A stretch of 64,000 nt of DNA. It comes from Pirellulales bacterium. GTDB lineage: Bacteria; Planctomycetota; Planctomycetia; Pirellulales; JAICIG01. The notes under the pieces were generated by a model that was not told the DNA's origin, made no database searches, and worked only from the letters and a program-made list of their open reading frames with translations. Positions 29,519-37,541 of the stretch are shown piece after piece (position 1 is the stretch's first letter; each line of letters opens with the position of its first letter). The position numbers and the translations under genes were made by a program. The stretch covers positions 92,876 through 156,875 of the forward strand of contig JBBDYJ010000010.1 of assembly GCA_040901675.1 (NCBI GenBank). The letters run 5' to 3'.

Positions 29519-29681
29519 GTCCCAATTCTAACCCGTAAACCCAATCTGCGACAATCAGAAACGGGGGGACGGAAGCCGAGGATACGACATGACAATTCCG
29601 CATCCGCGCTCCGATCAGTGATGCACTGCGGTCGCCCGCTCCGCGGGCTAAAGGGGCTGGCGCCCCGGCGGGCTTCGACGG

Positions 29682-31391
29682 CTACAAGAGCGTGCCGGAG
29701 GAGCGGACGACCTGCTCGACCGTGTCGAGCAACTGATCGAGACGGAAGGGCTTGTAGAGCACGGCCTGCAGGCCCGCCTGGCGGGCCTTGACGATCGAAT
29801 GGCCCGGATCGTAGCCAAACCCGGTCATCAGCACCAACGGCACGTGCTCCATGATGCTCTGCAGCTTCACCATCACCTCGTAACCGGTCATGTCCGGCAG
29901 GCGGATGTCGGCGATGATCACGTCGTAGCTCTGGCCCGCGCTCAGATTGCGGACCATGAAGATGGCCTCGCCTCCGTCGTGGGCCGTCTCGACCACGCAG
30001 CCGTACCGCTCGAGCAGGGCGTGGGCGGCGCTGCGGACCGATTCGTCGGCGTCGGCCACCAGCACCTGCAAGCCCCGCAGCAACGGCCGCTCGCTGTAGT
30101 GCAGGGCCTGCGGATGGGCCTGGCTGGGAGCCATCTGCTGCCCGACTTTCTGGATCACCTGCTTGATGTCGCGGGCGTTGCGCAGCACGCGCTGCAAGCG
30201 CTCGGCCACTTCGGGCTCGTGGCCGATGTACCGCTCCAGGATGTTCACGGCGTCGTTGAGGATGTCGTCCACGGGCAGCGCCACGGCGCTGTGGATGGCC
30301 TCGACGCTTTCGGCGGCGGTGCTGGCCTTTTCGGCCACCAGCAGCTCCAGCGTATTGAGGGCCAAGGCCACGTCGCGGGTGAAGATCTCCAAAAACTGCA
30401 GGTCGCTCTCGCTGAAGGCCCTCGGCTCGGGGCTCTCGACGTTGAACGTGCCGATGACCTCGTCGTGCAAGACCAGCGGCACGGTCAGCGAGCTCTTGGC
30501 CCCCTTGGCGCCTTCCAGGTACAAGGGGTCCTCGGTGGTGTCCTCGCAGAGGTAGCTCTTGCCCGTGGCCGCCACGAACCCCGTCACCCCGTTGTTCTGC
30601 GGCTGGGCGTACAGCGCCCGATCGGTGGCTTCAGGAACGAGTCCTTCCGAGAGGAGCGGCTCCAGCCGGCCGGTCTTCGAGTCGAGCAGGCGGATCTCGA
30701 CCACGTTGAAGTTCAACAGGTCGCGCGTGTAGTGCAGGATGTTCGACTTCAACAGCTCGATCCGCTCCTCGACAGTCATGTGGAACAGCTCGTCGGGCGT
30801 CAGGTTGGCCAGCTCGATGCCGGCCTGATGGATGGCCGCCAGCTTCTGCTGCTGCAGGACTTCGGCGGTCACGTCGCGGATGGTAACCACCAGGTTTCTG
30901 GGCGGGCCCTCGGTCTCGATTAAGGGCGCGGCGTGTACCCGGTAGAAGTGATTGTCGCTGGACCGCAAGGTCGAGCTGCTGCCGCGGCCGGTGGCCAGGG
31001 CGGTGTGAAACGGGCAAAAGTCGGGGCCGAGGATCTCCGGGCTGCCCAGCACGGCGTAAAAGTTCTCGCCGATCACGGTCTCGCGGCTGCACCACTCGCG
31101 CAAGCGGCCGTTGCCCCAGATGATCGTGTTGTCGCTGTCGAGCAGGACCACGCCGTCGGGCATGCCCTGCAGGATCCGCTCGTTCTGCAGGAGCTTGCCG
31201 ATCCGCAAAGCCTCACGAAGATGCTCGGCGGCCACGTAGACGCCGGCAAATTCCTCGCGGGTCAGCCGGGTCAAGGCGCGGATCGGGCTGTGTACGGGGA
31301 CGACTTCGAACGAGTCGACCAGCGACGATATGGGTGCACCCTGCCCCTCTTGGGGAGTTCCGACAAACAGTAGTTTCGGTTTCTCCGACAA
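29682..31391 (-). CDS. PAS-GAF-receiver signalling protein without a kinase catalytic domain
   Basis: PAS (GVVLLD..IIWGN), GAF (SSLTVPL..VIGTFNVES), REC (ADIRLPD..LMTG..YKPF); no HATPase boxes. Confidence 0.88.
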   Translation of the reverse strand: MSEKPKLLFVGTPQEGQGAPISSLVDSFEVVPVHSPIRALTRLTREEFAGVYVAAEHLREALRIGKLLQNERILQGMPDGVVLLDSDNTIIWGNGRLREWCSRETVIGENFYAVLGSPEILGPDFCPFHTALATGRGSSSTLRSSDNHFYRVHAAPLIETEGPPRNLVVTIRDVTAEVLQQQKLAAIHQAGIELANLTPDELFHMTVEERIELLKSNILHYTRDLLNFNVVEIRLLDSKTGRLEPLLSEGLVPEATDRALYAQPQNNGVTGFVAATGKSYLCEDTTEDPLYLEGAKGAKSSLTVPLVLHDEVIGTFNVESPEPRAFSESDLQFLEIFTRDVALALNTLELLVAEKASTAAESVEAIHSAVALPVDDILNDAVNILERYIGHEPEVAERLQRVLRNARDIKQVIQKVGQQMAPSQAHPQALHYSERPLLRGLQVLVADADESVRSAAHALLERYGCVVETAHDGGEAIFMVRNLSAGQSYDVIIADIRLPDMTGYEVMVKLQSIMEHVPLVLMTGFGYDPGHSIVKARQAGLQAVLYKPFRLDQLLDTVEQVVRSSGTLL

Positions 31392-31746
31392 GCGCGCGTC
31401 GCTCCAGAAAATCGCCAGTCGCCGCCGGTATTATAGAATCGCTTGAAAATCCGAACAACCGTCGTCCACGCGCCTTCCGTCCTGATTCATCGGACGGTTC
31501 GCCGCTTCGACATTCGCCTCGGGGGCCGGCGGCCGCTGAATTGGCCACCGGCGGCTCCGAGCTTGCCTGCTCTGCCTTGCGTGGCACCTGGCAGGAAGGT
31601 GAAGCCTCTACGGATCAAGCCGTCTGTGGCGCGGCTGCCGCCTGTACCAACGGCGGCCGATTGCCCCAAGGGGCCGCGGATCCCGGTCGATACGACTTAA
31701 AAGCGACACTCTCATCCCCGGACCTGTCTTCAAAAGGACGACAGTC

Positions 31747-32001
31747 ATGTGGCGCGCGTTGTTCCTGGCCCTGGGCGCGTATGCCTGCCTGCTGGGATTC
31801 GAATGCCTGGTAATCGACAAGGCGGTCCTGGCCGAGAGCCGCCAGGCGGCGCCCGGACTGCTGGCACGTATGAATCCGGCCCGCGGACCAGGCCGCGACC
31901 TGACCCCGTCCGACTGGGCCCCCTGGAGCCTGCTGTCAGCCGGAGCGGTGACGATGCTCTACTCGTTCACGATCCCCCAGCGGGTCAAGTCGAAGGCTTA
32001 G
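31747..32001 (+). CDS. Small membrane protein
   Basis: AAGGA SD; two hydrophobic segments; WAPWSLLSAG..LYS.T.P. Confidence 0.7.
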   Translation: MWRALFLALGAYACLLGFECLVIDKAVLAESRQAAPGLLARMNPARGPGRDLTPSDWAPWSLLSAGAVTMLYSFTIPQRVKSKA

Positions 32002-33653
32002 CGTCCCTCGCGTAGCGAGTCGAAGTACTTGCGGGAGTGCTCGCGGTAGCCGCGGGGCAACCGCTGGTCGGTTAGCGGATCGGCGTCGCCCGTGCGGGCC
32101 GAGTCGAACTGGGTCTTGATCTCCTGCTCGACCTGCCCCTTGACGTTGGGGCCTTCCACAAAGTCGGTGACCACGGCGGCGCCCTTGCCCAGCTTCTGCT
32201 TGACCTTGGTGTCGTAGAAGCCCGTGTTGCCTTTCTCCTCCGGACGCGCGCCCTGGCCTTGGCCCTCGCCCAGGCCGTCGCCCATGCCGTCCCCATCGCC
32301 GCCCCCCATGCAGGCCTTGCACCCCATGCCTTTGCACTGCTTGCAGTTCATCGAGTCCATGGCCTGGTTGATCTCGTCCATGGCTTCGTCCAGCATGGCC
32401 ATTTCGTCCAATTGCTCCTGGAGTTGCGAAAGCTCCGCCTTCATCGAATCCAGCGCGGCCATGGCGGCGGCCTTGTCGCCCTGCTGCATGCACTCGGAGC
32501 ACTGGCCCAGCTTCTCGGCCATCTTCTCCAGTTGCTTCATCTGCTGCGACTGCTTCGACATCTTGTCGAGCTGGCGCTGGAGGCGGTCGGCTTCCTTCGA
32601 CTGGCCCGCGGCTCGCTTCTCGGCGATCTGCTTCTCCAGCTCCGATTGTTTCTGCTGGTGGTTCCGGGCCATCTGCCGCAGCTTCTCTTCCATCTGCTGG
32701 AGCTGCTTGGAAAGCTGGGCCTTGCTCTTCTCGTCGAGCTTGCCCTGCTCGAGCTGGTCGCGGAGCTTCTTCAGCTCGTTCTGCGCCTGCTTGAAGTCGC
32801 CCTGCCGCAAGGCCTCGGCCAGCTTGTCGCCGGGACCCTTTTGAACGTCCTTGAGCCCCTTGAGCTGGTTCTTGAGCTTTTCGCCGCCGCCAAGCTGCTC
32901 GCGCCGCTTCTCCAGGTCCTTGGCCAGGTCGTTCAGCTTGATCATGGCCTGCTTGCGGTCAGCCGTTTTGGCCTCGGCCAGCTTCTTGCTGCCTTGCTCC
33001 AGCTTTTTGAACAGCAACTCGGCATCCTTGAGGCCATCCTCGCGGGCCTTCTTGCGGCGTTCGATCAGCTTCCGCTGCAAGGCCGCGGTCGAGTTCTTGA
33101 CCTGCTTGCGTTGGACCGTGGACTGCACCGATCCGCCGGCCTTGTTGTCACCCAGCGCCGGATTCAAGAACATGGCCACCAGGAAGGCCGCCACGGCGGG
33201 CGCCAGAGGCAATAGGGCCCAACGGTTGAACTTGAGACGGAACTGGTCGGCCATGTGCAGCCGCTCGACGCGGCGCACCGCGTCGTCGGTCAGTGCCCGT
33301 CCGGCGGGCGACTCGCGCTCGGCCGAATCGAGGGCCAGCGTGCTCGACACCCGCTCCTTCAGGCCGAAGCGGCGATCGATCTCCAGGGCCGCCTCCAGGT
33401 AGCTGCGGCGCGTGACGAAGGTCCAGAACAGGGCGGCGATTGCGCCCAGGCCGACCGCGCCGGCCACCCAAGCCCAAGGCTGGACGCCGAGCGGGTAAAA
33501 CTTGTCGGCGGCGATCAAGGCGGCGGCCGCCATCAGCGTGGCGAACCAGCACCAGGAAAGGACGCCGAGAAAACGTTGCAAGGTAAGCCGCCGGCGGACG
33601 CGCCGGACTTGCCGCTGCAAGACTTCCATCTCAGGTGCCTCCAGGAGGGTCAC
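31998..33653 (-). CDS. Membrane-anchored long coiled-coil protein (DUF4175-like)
   Basis: Three TMs, A.EIDRRFGLKERVSS, Q/K/E-rich coil, C-terminal LP..YRE....YF. Confidence 0.82.
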   Translation of the reverse strand: MTLLEAPEMEVLQRQVRRVRRRLTLQRFLGVLSWCWFATLMAAAALIAADKFYPLGVQPWAWVAGAVGLGAIAALFWTFVTRRSYLEAALEIDRRFGLKERVSSTLALDSAERESPAGRALTDDAVRRVERLHMADQFRLKFNRWALLPLAPAVAAFLVAMFLNPALGDNKAGGSVQSTVQRKQVKNSTAALQRKLIERRKKAREDGLKDAELLFKKLEQGSKKLAEAKTADRKQAMIKLNDLAKDLEKRREQLGGGEKLKNQLKGLKDVQKGPGDKLAEALRQGDFKQAQNELKKLRDQLEQGKLDEKSKAQLSKQLQQMEEKLRQMARNHQQKQSELEKQIAEKRAAGQSKEADRLQRQLDKMSKQSQQMKQLEKMAEKLGQCSECMQQGDKAAAMAALDSMKAELSQLQEQLDEMAMLDEAMDEINQAMDSMNCKQCKGMGCKACMGGGDGDGMGDGLGEGQGQGARPEEKGNTGFYDTKVKQKLGKGAAVVTDFVEGPNVKGQVEQEIKTQFDSARTGDADPLTDQRLPRGYREHSRKYFDSLREGR

Positions 33654-33739
33654 GACCGAGGGATCTCACTCGACCGTTAAGTGTAGCGGATCCAGGGGGG
33701 GTGCCGCCAATTCTATTTTCGTTGAAAAGCGAGATTTCT

Positions 33740-33775
33740 TGACTTGGGGCTTGGGACTTGGGACTTGGGACTTGT
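33740..33775. repeat. Heptamer tandem repeat (GACTTGG)n
   Basis: About 5 units. Confidence 0.75.
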
Positions 33776-33884
33776 TTTCGGGGGACAAACCAAGTGCAAA
33801 GAACAAAGATCAAAGTCCTAAGCTCTGCCTTCTCCGGTCGGGGCGTTACAATTTGATTGGTTCGCCGGTTACAGTGACGCCCGG

Positions 33885-33972
33885 TAGCCCATAAATCGGG
33901 TCACTACGAACAACGGACCCGATGAATCGGGTCACTACGAACAACGGGCCCCATCCATGGGGTCACTACGAA
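33885..33972 (-). repeat. Triplet array of GTAG-type REP (GTTCGTAGTGACCCGATTCATCGGGTC), ~31-bp period
   Basis: Three tandem copies; further triplets at 35339-35426 and 37451-37540. Confidence 0.88.
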
Positions 33973-33975
33973 CCT

Positions 33976-34419
33976 ATGTCCGGCTCGAGCACGGCCCCCA
34001 CCGCAGCTTCTCTGCCCAGGCCATCCGACCGGCCGGAGGCGGACGTTTTGATTTATGACGGCAATTGCCGCATCTGTAGGGGCCAGGTACGACGGGTCGC
34101 CCGGGCCGACCGTGGGGGGCGGCTCGCTTACCTGTCGCTGCACGATCCGGAGGTTGCGACCCGCTATCCGGACCTGTCGCACGACGACATGATGCAGGCG
34201 ATGTACATCGTCGATCGCACGGGCAGGCGGCACCGCGGCGCCGAGGCGGTGCGGTATTTGTCGCGCCGATTGCCGCTGTTGTGGTGGCTGGCGCCCTTGT
34301 TGCACCTCCCCGGCAGCCTTTCCTTGTGGCAGTGGCTCTATCGCCAGGTAGCCCAAAGGCGGTACCGGCTGGGCCGCGCCGCCGACTGCTCCGACGGCGC
34401 CTGCCACGTCCACCGATGA
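33976..34419 (+). CDS. DCC1-like thiol-disulfide oxidoreductase (DUF393)
   Basis: YDGNCRIC; LY..VA.RRY. Confidence 0.9.
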   Translation: MSGSSTAPTAASLPRPSDRPEADVLIYDGNCRICRGQVRRVARADRGGRLAYLSLHDPEVATRYPDLSHDDMMQAMYIVDRTGRRHRGAEAVRYLSRRLPLLWWLAPLLHLPGSLSLWQWLYRQVAQRRYRLGRAADCSDGACHVHR

Positions 34420-34642
34420 AGGAGGAGGGAGGAGGGAGGAAGGCAGAAGGAGGAAGGCAGAAGGCAGAAGGCAGAAGGAGAAAACGCGCAAGCGTCAATC
34501 AACCCTGACCGGGCGAGGCGACAAAGCACGAACGACTGGGGCACGCTGCCGCTTTGCCGCCAGCCACCCGCCGAGCGAGAATAAAGGTAGCCCCCGACGA
34601 TCTTCGTCCTTCTGCCTTCTGCCTTCGTCCTTCTGCCTTCCC
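34420..34642. repeat. Inverted heptamer arrays (GAAGGCA)n ... (TGCCTTC)n enclosing a degenerate REP hairpin
   Basis: Purine array 34420-34480, pyrimidine array about 34603-34641, REP-like copy 34535-34569. Confidence 0.75.
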
Positions 34643-35140
34643 TCAACCTTTTCTCTGCATGGCGCGCTGGATGTCGCGCTGGACGGTGGCCTTCTTCAGC
34701 TTTTCGCGCTTGTCGTGAAGCTTGCGGCCCCGGCAAACGCCCAAGAGCACCTTGGCACGACCTTGCTTGAAGTACATCTTCAAGGGGACCAGGGTCAGAC
34801 CCTGCTCGTAGGCCTTGCCGGCGAACTTGCGGATCTCGCGGCGGTGCAAGAGCAGCTTGCGGGGCCGGCGAGGCTCGTGATTGAAGCGGTTGGCCTGGAC
34901 GTATTCCGGTATGTCGCAGCCAACCAGCCACACCTCGCCCCCCTTGACGCGCCCATACGCCTCGTCGAGCGACACCTTGCCGGTGCGCAAACTCTTGACC
35001 TCGCTGCCTACCAGGGCGATGCCGCACTCCAGCGTCTCGATCACCTCGTACTCGTGGCGCGCGCGGCGGTTCTGGGCGATGAGCCGTTCGTTGTCGTGCT
35101 CCCGATCGGAAATGGGTTGGCTCTTGGGCTTCTTGGCCGT
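34643..35140 (-). CDS. smpB: SsrA-binding protein; the apparent start codon is ACG
   Basis: QNRRARHEY..E.GIAL.GSEVKSLR, RKLLLHR.EI, GRKLHDKRE. The frame extends upstream of the track ORF to ACG-GCC-AAG-AAG at 35140. Confidence 0.93.
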   Translation of the reverse strand, partial: TAKKPKSQPISDREHDNERLIAQNRRARHEYEVIETLECGIALVGSEVKSLRTGKVSLDEAYGRVKGGEVWLVGCDIPEYVQANRFNHEPRRPRKLLLHRREIRKFAGKAYEQGLTLVPLKMYFKQGRAKVLLGVCRGRKLHDKREKLKKATVQRDIQRAMQRKG

Positions 35141-35338
35141 GGCACTGTTCCTTTCGACTCAGTTCCTTTCGACTCGACTTTTCCGCCCCCGCGGCACCTG
35201 CTAGAGTAAAATACGTGGACGGCAGCGGGGAAACTGCCATCAACTGCCATGCAGTCTTTTACTCTGCGGGCCAGTCCGGCTCAAGCGGTCGGTGGACGCC
35301 TGGGATGGCTGCCGGTAAGCCGCCGTCCGCCGGCAACA

Positions 35339-35426
35339 GACCCCATAAATGGGGTCACACGAACGACGGACCCGATAAATCGGGTCACTACGAACAACGG
35401 ACCCGATGAATCGGGTCACTACGAAC
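35339..35426 (-). repeat. Triplet GTAG-type REP array
   Basis: GACCC(C/G)AT(A/G)AAT(G/C)GGGTCAC(T)ACGAAC, three copies. Confidence 0.88.
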
Positions 35427-35436
35427 CGGGAGCGTC

Positions 35437-36219
35437 ATGTCGATCGACCGCAGGGACAGCCGGCAGGCGACCGCCGCGGCCCGCCGCGTAGGGGGCGGCG
35501 ATGCGGCGGTGCAGGCCTATCTGCTGGGTTTGATCGATTACGCCGATTGCCTCGCGCTCCAGCAGCGGCTGGTGTACGAGACGGCGGGCCGCGACGATGG
35601 CCTGATCTCGCTGTTGATCTGCGAACACCCGGCGATCATCACCATCGGGCGGCAGGGCTCGCGGAGCCATGTGCACATCAGCCGCCGCGAGCTGATCAGC
35701 CGGCGGCTCGAGCTGCGGTGGGTGAATCGCGGGGGAGGCTGCCTGTTGCACGCCCCGGGACAGTTGGCCGTCTACCCGATTGTGCCCCTGGAGTGGCACG
35801 GCTTCCGCGTGGGCGACTACCTCGACCGCCTGCAAGCGGGCATTCTGGCTGCCCTGGCCGACCTGCGTTTCCAGGGCCGGACCTGCCCGCAACGGTTCGG
35901 CGTCTGGGGCCGCTCGGGGCAGGTGGCCGCCATCGGCGCGGCCGTGAAGAACTGGACCAGCTACCACGGCGCCTACATCAACGTGGCCCCGGCCATGCAC
36001 GTGTTCCGCCGGATCGAGAGCGACCCGGAGGGGGGCACCGAAATGACGTCGCTGCTGGCCGAGCGGGGGCAGCCGGTTAGAATGTCGGGCGTGCGCGAGG
36101 CGCTGGTGCGCCGGCTGTCGGAGGCCTTTGGCTGCGCACGCTACCACCTGTTCACGGGGCACCCCCTGCTGGCCCGGCCCCGCGGAGCAACGCATGAATC
36201 CGCTGCCCGTGCTGGATAG
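35437..36219 (+). CDS. lipB: LipB (octanoyltransferase)-like protein lacking the catalytic Lys and Cys
   Basis: CEHP..ITIG, RGG...H.PGQL.VYPI and SYHG..INV are present, but GQVAAIG replaces KI.xIG and IESDP replaces IxPCG. Confidence 0.8.
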   Translation: MSIDRRDSRQATAAARRVGGGDAAVQAYLLGLIDYADCLALQQRLVYETAGRDDGLISLLICEHPAIITIGRQGSRSHVHISRRELISRRLELRWVNRGGGCLLHAPGQLAVYPIVPLEWHGFRVGDYLDRLQAGILAALADLRFQGRTCPQRFGVWGRSGQVAAIGAAVKNWTSYHGAYINVAPAMHVFRRIESDPEGGTEMTSLLAERGQPVRMSGVREALVRRLSEAFGCARYHLFTGHPLLARPRGATHESAARAG

Positions 36220-37108
36220 CGTGCCGGTCGCCGGGCACCAGGCCGGCACCCGCCGGCTGCCGCGCTGGCTGAAGCGCGACGTGCCGCTGGGCAACACCAA
36301 CCACTTCACGGCCCGATTGGTCGATGAGCTGGGGCTGGAGACGGTCTGCGATAACGCCCGCTGCCCGAACCGCATGGAGTGCTATGCTCAGAAGACGGCC
36401 ACGTTCATGATTCTGGGCAACGTGTGCACGCGGCCATGCGGCTTCTGCGCGGTGGCCAAAGGCAAGACGCAGGCGGTGGACGCGGACGAACCGGACCGCC
36501 TGGCTGAAGCCTGCCAGCGATTGGGCCTGCGGCACGTGGTGATCACGTCGGTCACGCGTGACGACTTGAGCGACGGCGGCGCCGACCACTTCTATCGCTG
36601 CGTGACGGCGGTGCGGGGCCGGACGGGGGCGGCCGTCGAGGTGCTCACGCCCGACTTTCTGGGCAAATCCGGCGCCATCGAGCGGGTGGTCGCCTCGGCC
36701 CCCGACGTCTTCAACCACAACACGGAGACGGTACCCAGGTTGTACCGGGCGGTGCGGGGACGCAAGAGCGACTATCGCTGGACGCTTACATTGCTCAAGC
36801 GAGTCAAGCAGCTTTCGCCCGCGATCCTGACCAAGAGCGGGTTGATGCTCGGACTGGGCGAAACCAGGGAAGAGCTGTTCGACACGCTGGCCGATCTGTT
36901 GGAGACCGGCTGCGATTTGCTGACGCTGGGGCAATACCTGCAGCCCTCGCCTGCGCACCTGGCCGTGGCGCGGTACGTGCCGCCCGAAGAATTCGAGGTA
37001 CTAGGCGAGGCGGCCCGGCAGATGGGCTTTCGGCAGGTTGCCAGCGGGCCTTTTGTCCGGTCGAGCTATCATGCCCGGGAGATGCATGCCGGCTCGCAGC
37101 CGGCATAG
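36194..37108 (+). CDS. lipA: Lipoyl synthase
   Basis: CX4CX5C (CDNARCPNRMEC), CX3CX2C (CTRPCGFC), HNTETV, GQYLQP, RSSY. Confidence 0.96.
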   Translation: MNPLPVLDSVPVAGHQAGTRRLPRWLKRDVPLGNTNHFTARLVDELGLETVCDNARCPNRMECYAQKTATFMILGNVCTRPCGFCAVAKGKTQAVDADEPDRLAEACQRLGLRHVVITSVTRDDLSDGGADHFYRCVTAVRGRTGAAVEVLTPDFLGKSGAIERVVASAPDVFNHNTETVPRLYRAVRGRKSDYRWTLTLLKRVKQLSPAILTKSGLMLGLGETREELFDTLADLLETGCDLLTLGQYLQPSPAHLAVARYVPPEEFEVLGEAARQMGFRQVASGPFVRSSYHAREMHAGSQPA

Positions 37109-37149
37109 ACGCGTGCATTTCTCAACGCCACTGGGCGCGGGGTCATCGA

Positions 37150-37428
37150 ATGGCTGTCCACCGCCACGAATTGTCGATGCCCGATCTGGGACTCGACGAC
37201 CGTCCGATCACGGTGAGCCTGTGGCTGGTCGACGTGGGAGATGAAGTGGTTTGCGGCGACCGGGTGGTCGAGCTGTCGGCCGACGGCGTGACGGTGGACC
37301 TGCCGGCGCCGGCCAGCGGGTTGCTCGTCGAGACGCTGGTCGGCGAGGACGAGCCGCTGACGGCGGGGCAGGTGCTGGCCGTCATCGAGAGCGCGGAGGA
37401 GGAGGTCGCTGACCTGGCGCGCGGCTGA
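37150..37428 (+). CDS. Stand-alone lipoyl/biotinyl-like domain with no lysine
   Basis: MPDLG..WLV.VGDEV..GD.VVE..D.....PAPASG..GQVLAVI fold signature; ADGV replaces TDKA. Confidence 0.85.
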   Translation: MAVHRHELSMPDLGLDDRPITVSLWLVDVGDEVVCGDRVVELSADGVTVDLPAPASGLLVETLVGEDEPLTAGQVLAVIESAEEEVADLARG

Positions 37429-37450
37429 GAGCAACCGGAACGGAACCACG

Positions 37451-37540
37451 GACCCGATGAATCGGGTCACTACGAACAGACGGACCCGATGAATCGGGTC
37501 GCTACGAACGACGGGCCCCGATAACTCGGCTCACCACGGA
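37451..37540 (-). repeat. Triplet GTAG-type REP array
   Basis: Two well-conserved copies and one degenerate copy between convergent genes. Confidence 0.85.
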
Positions 37541-37541
37541 C

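Noticed and set aside
33885..37540. Palindromic ~27-bp direct repeats as CRISPR arrays
   Set aside because: Spacers are only 4-5 nt, there are three units per cluster, no cas genes are present, and the GTAG-plus-hairpin structure fits REP elements.
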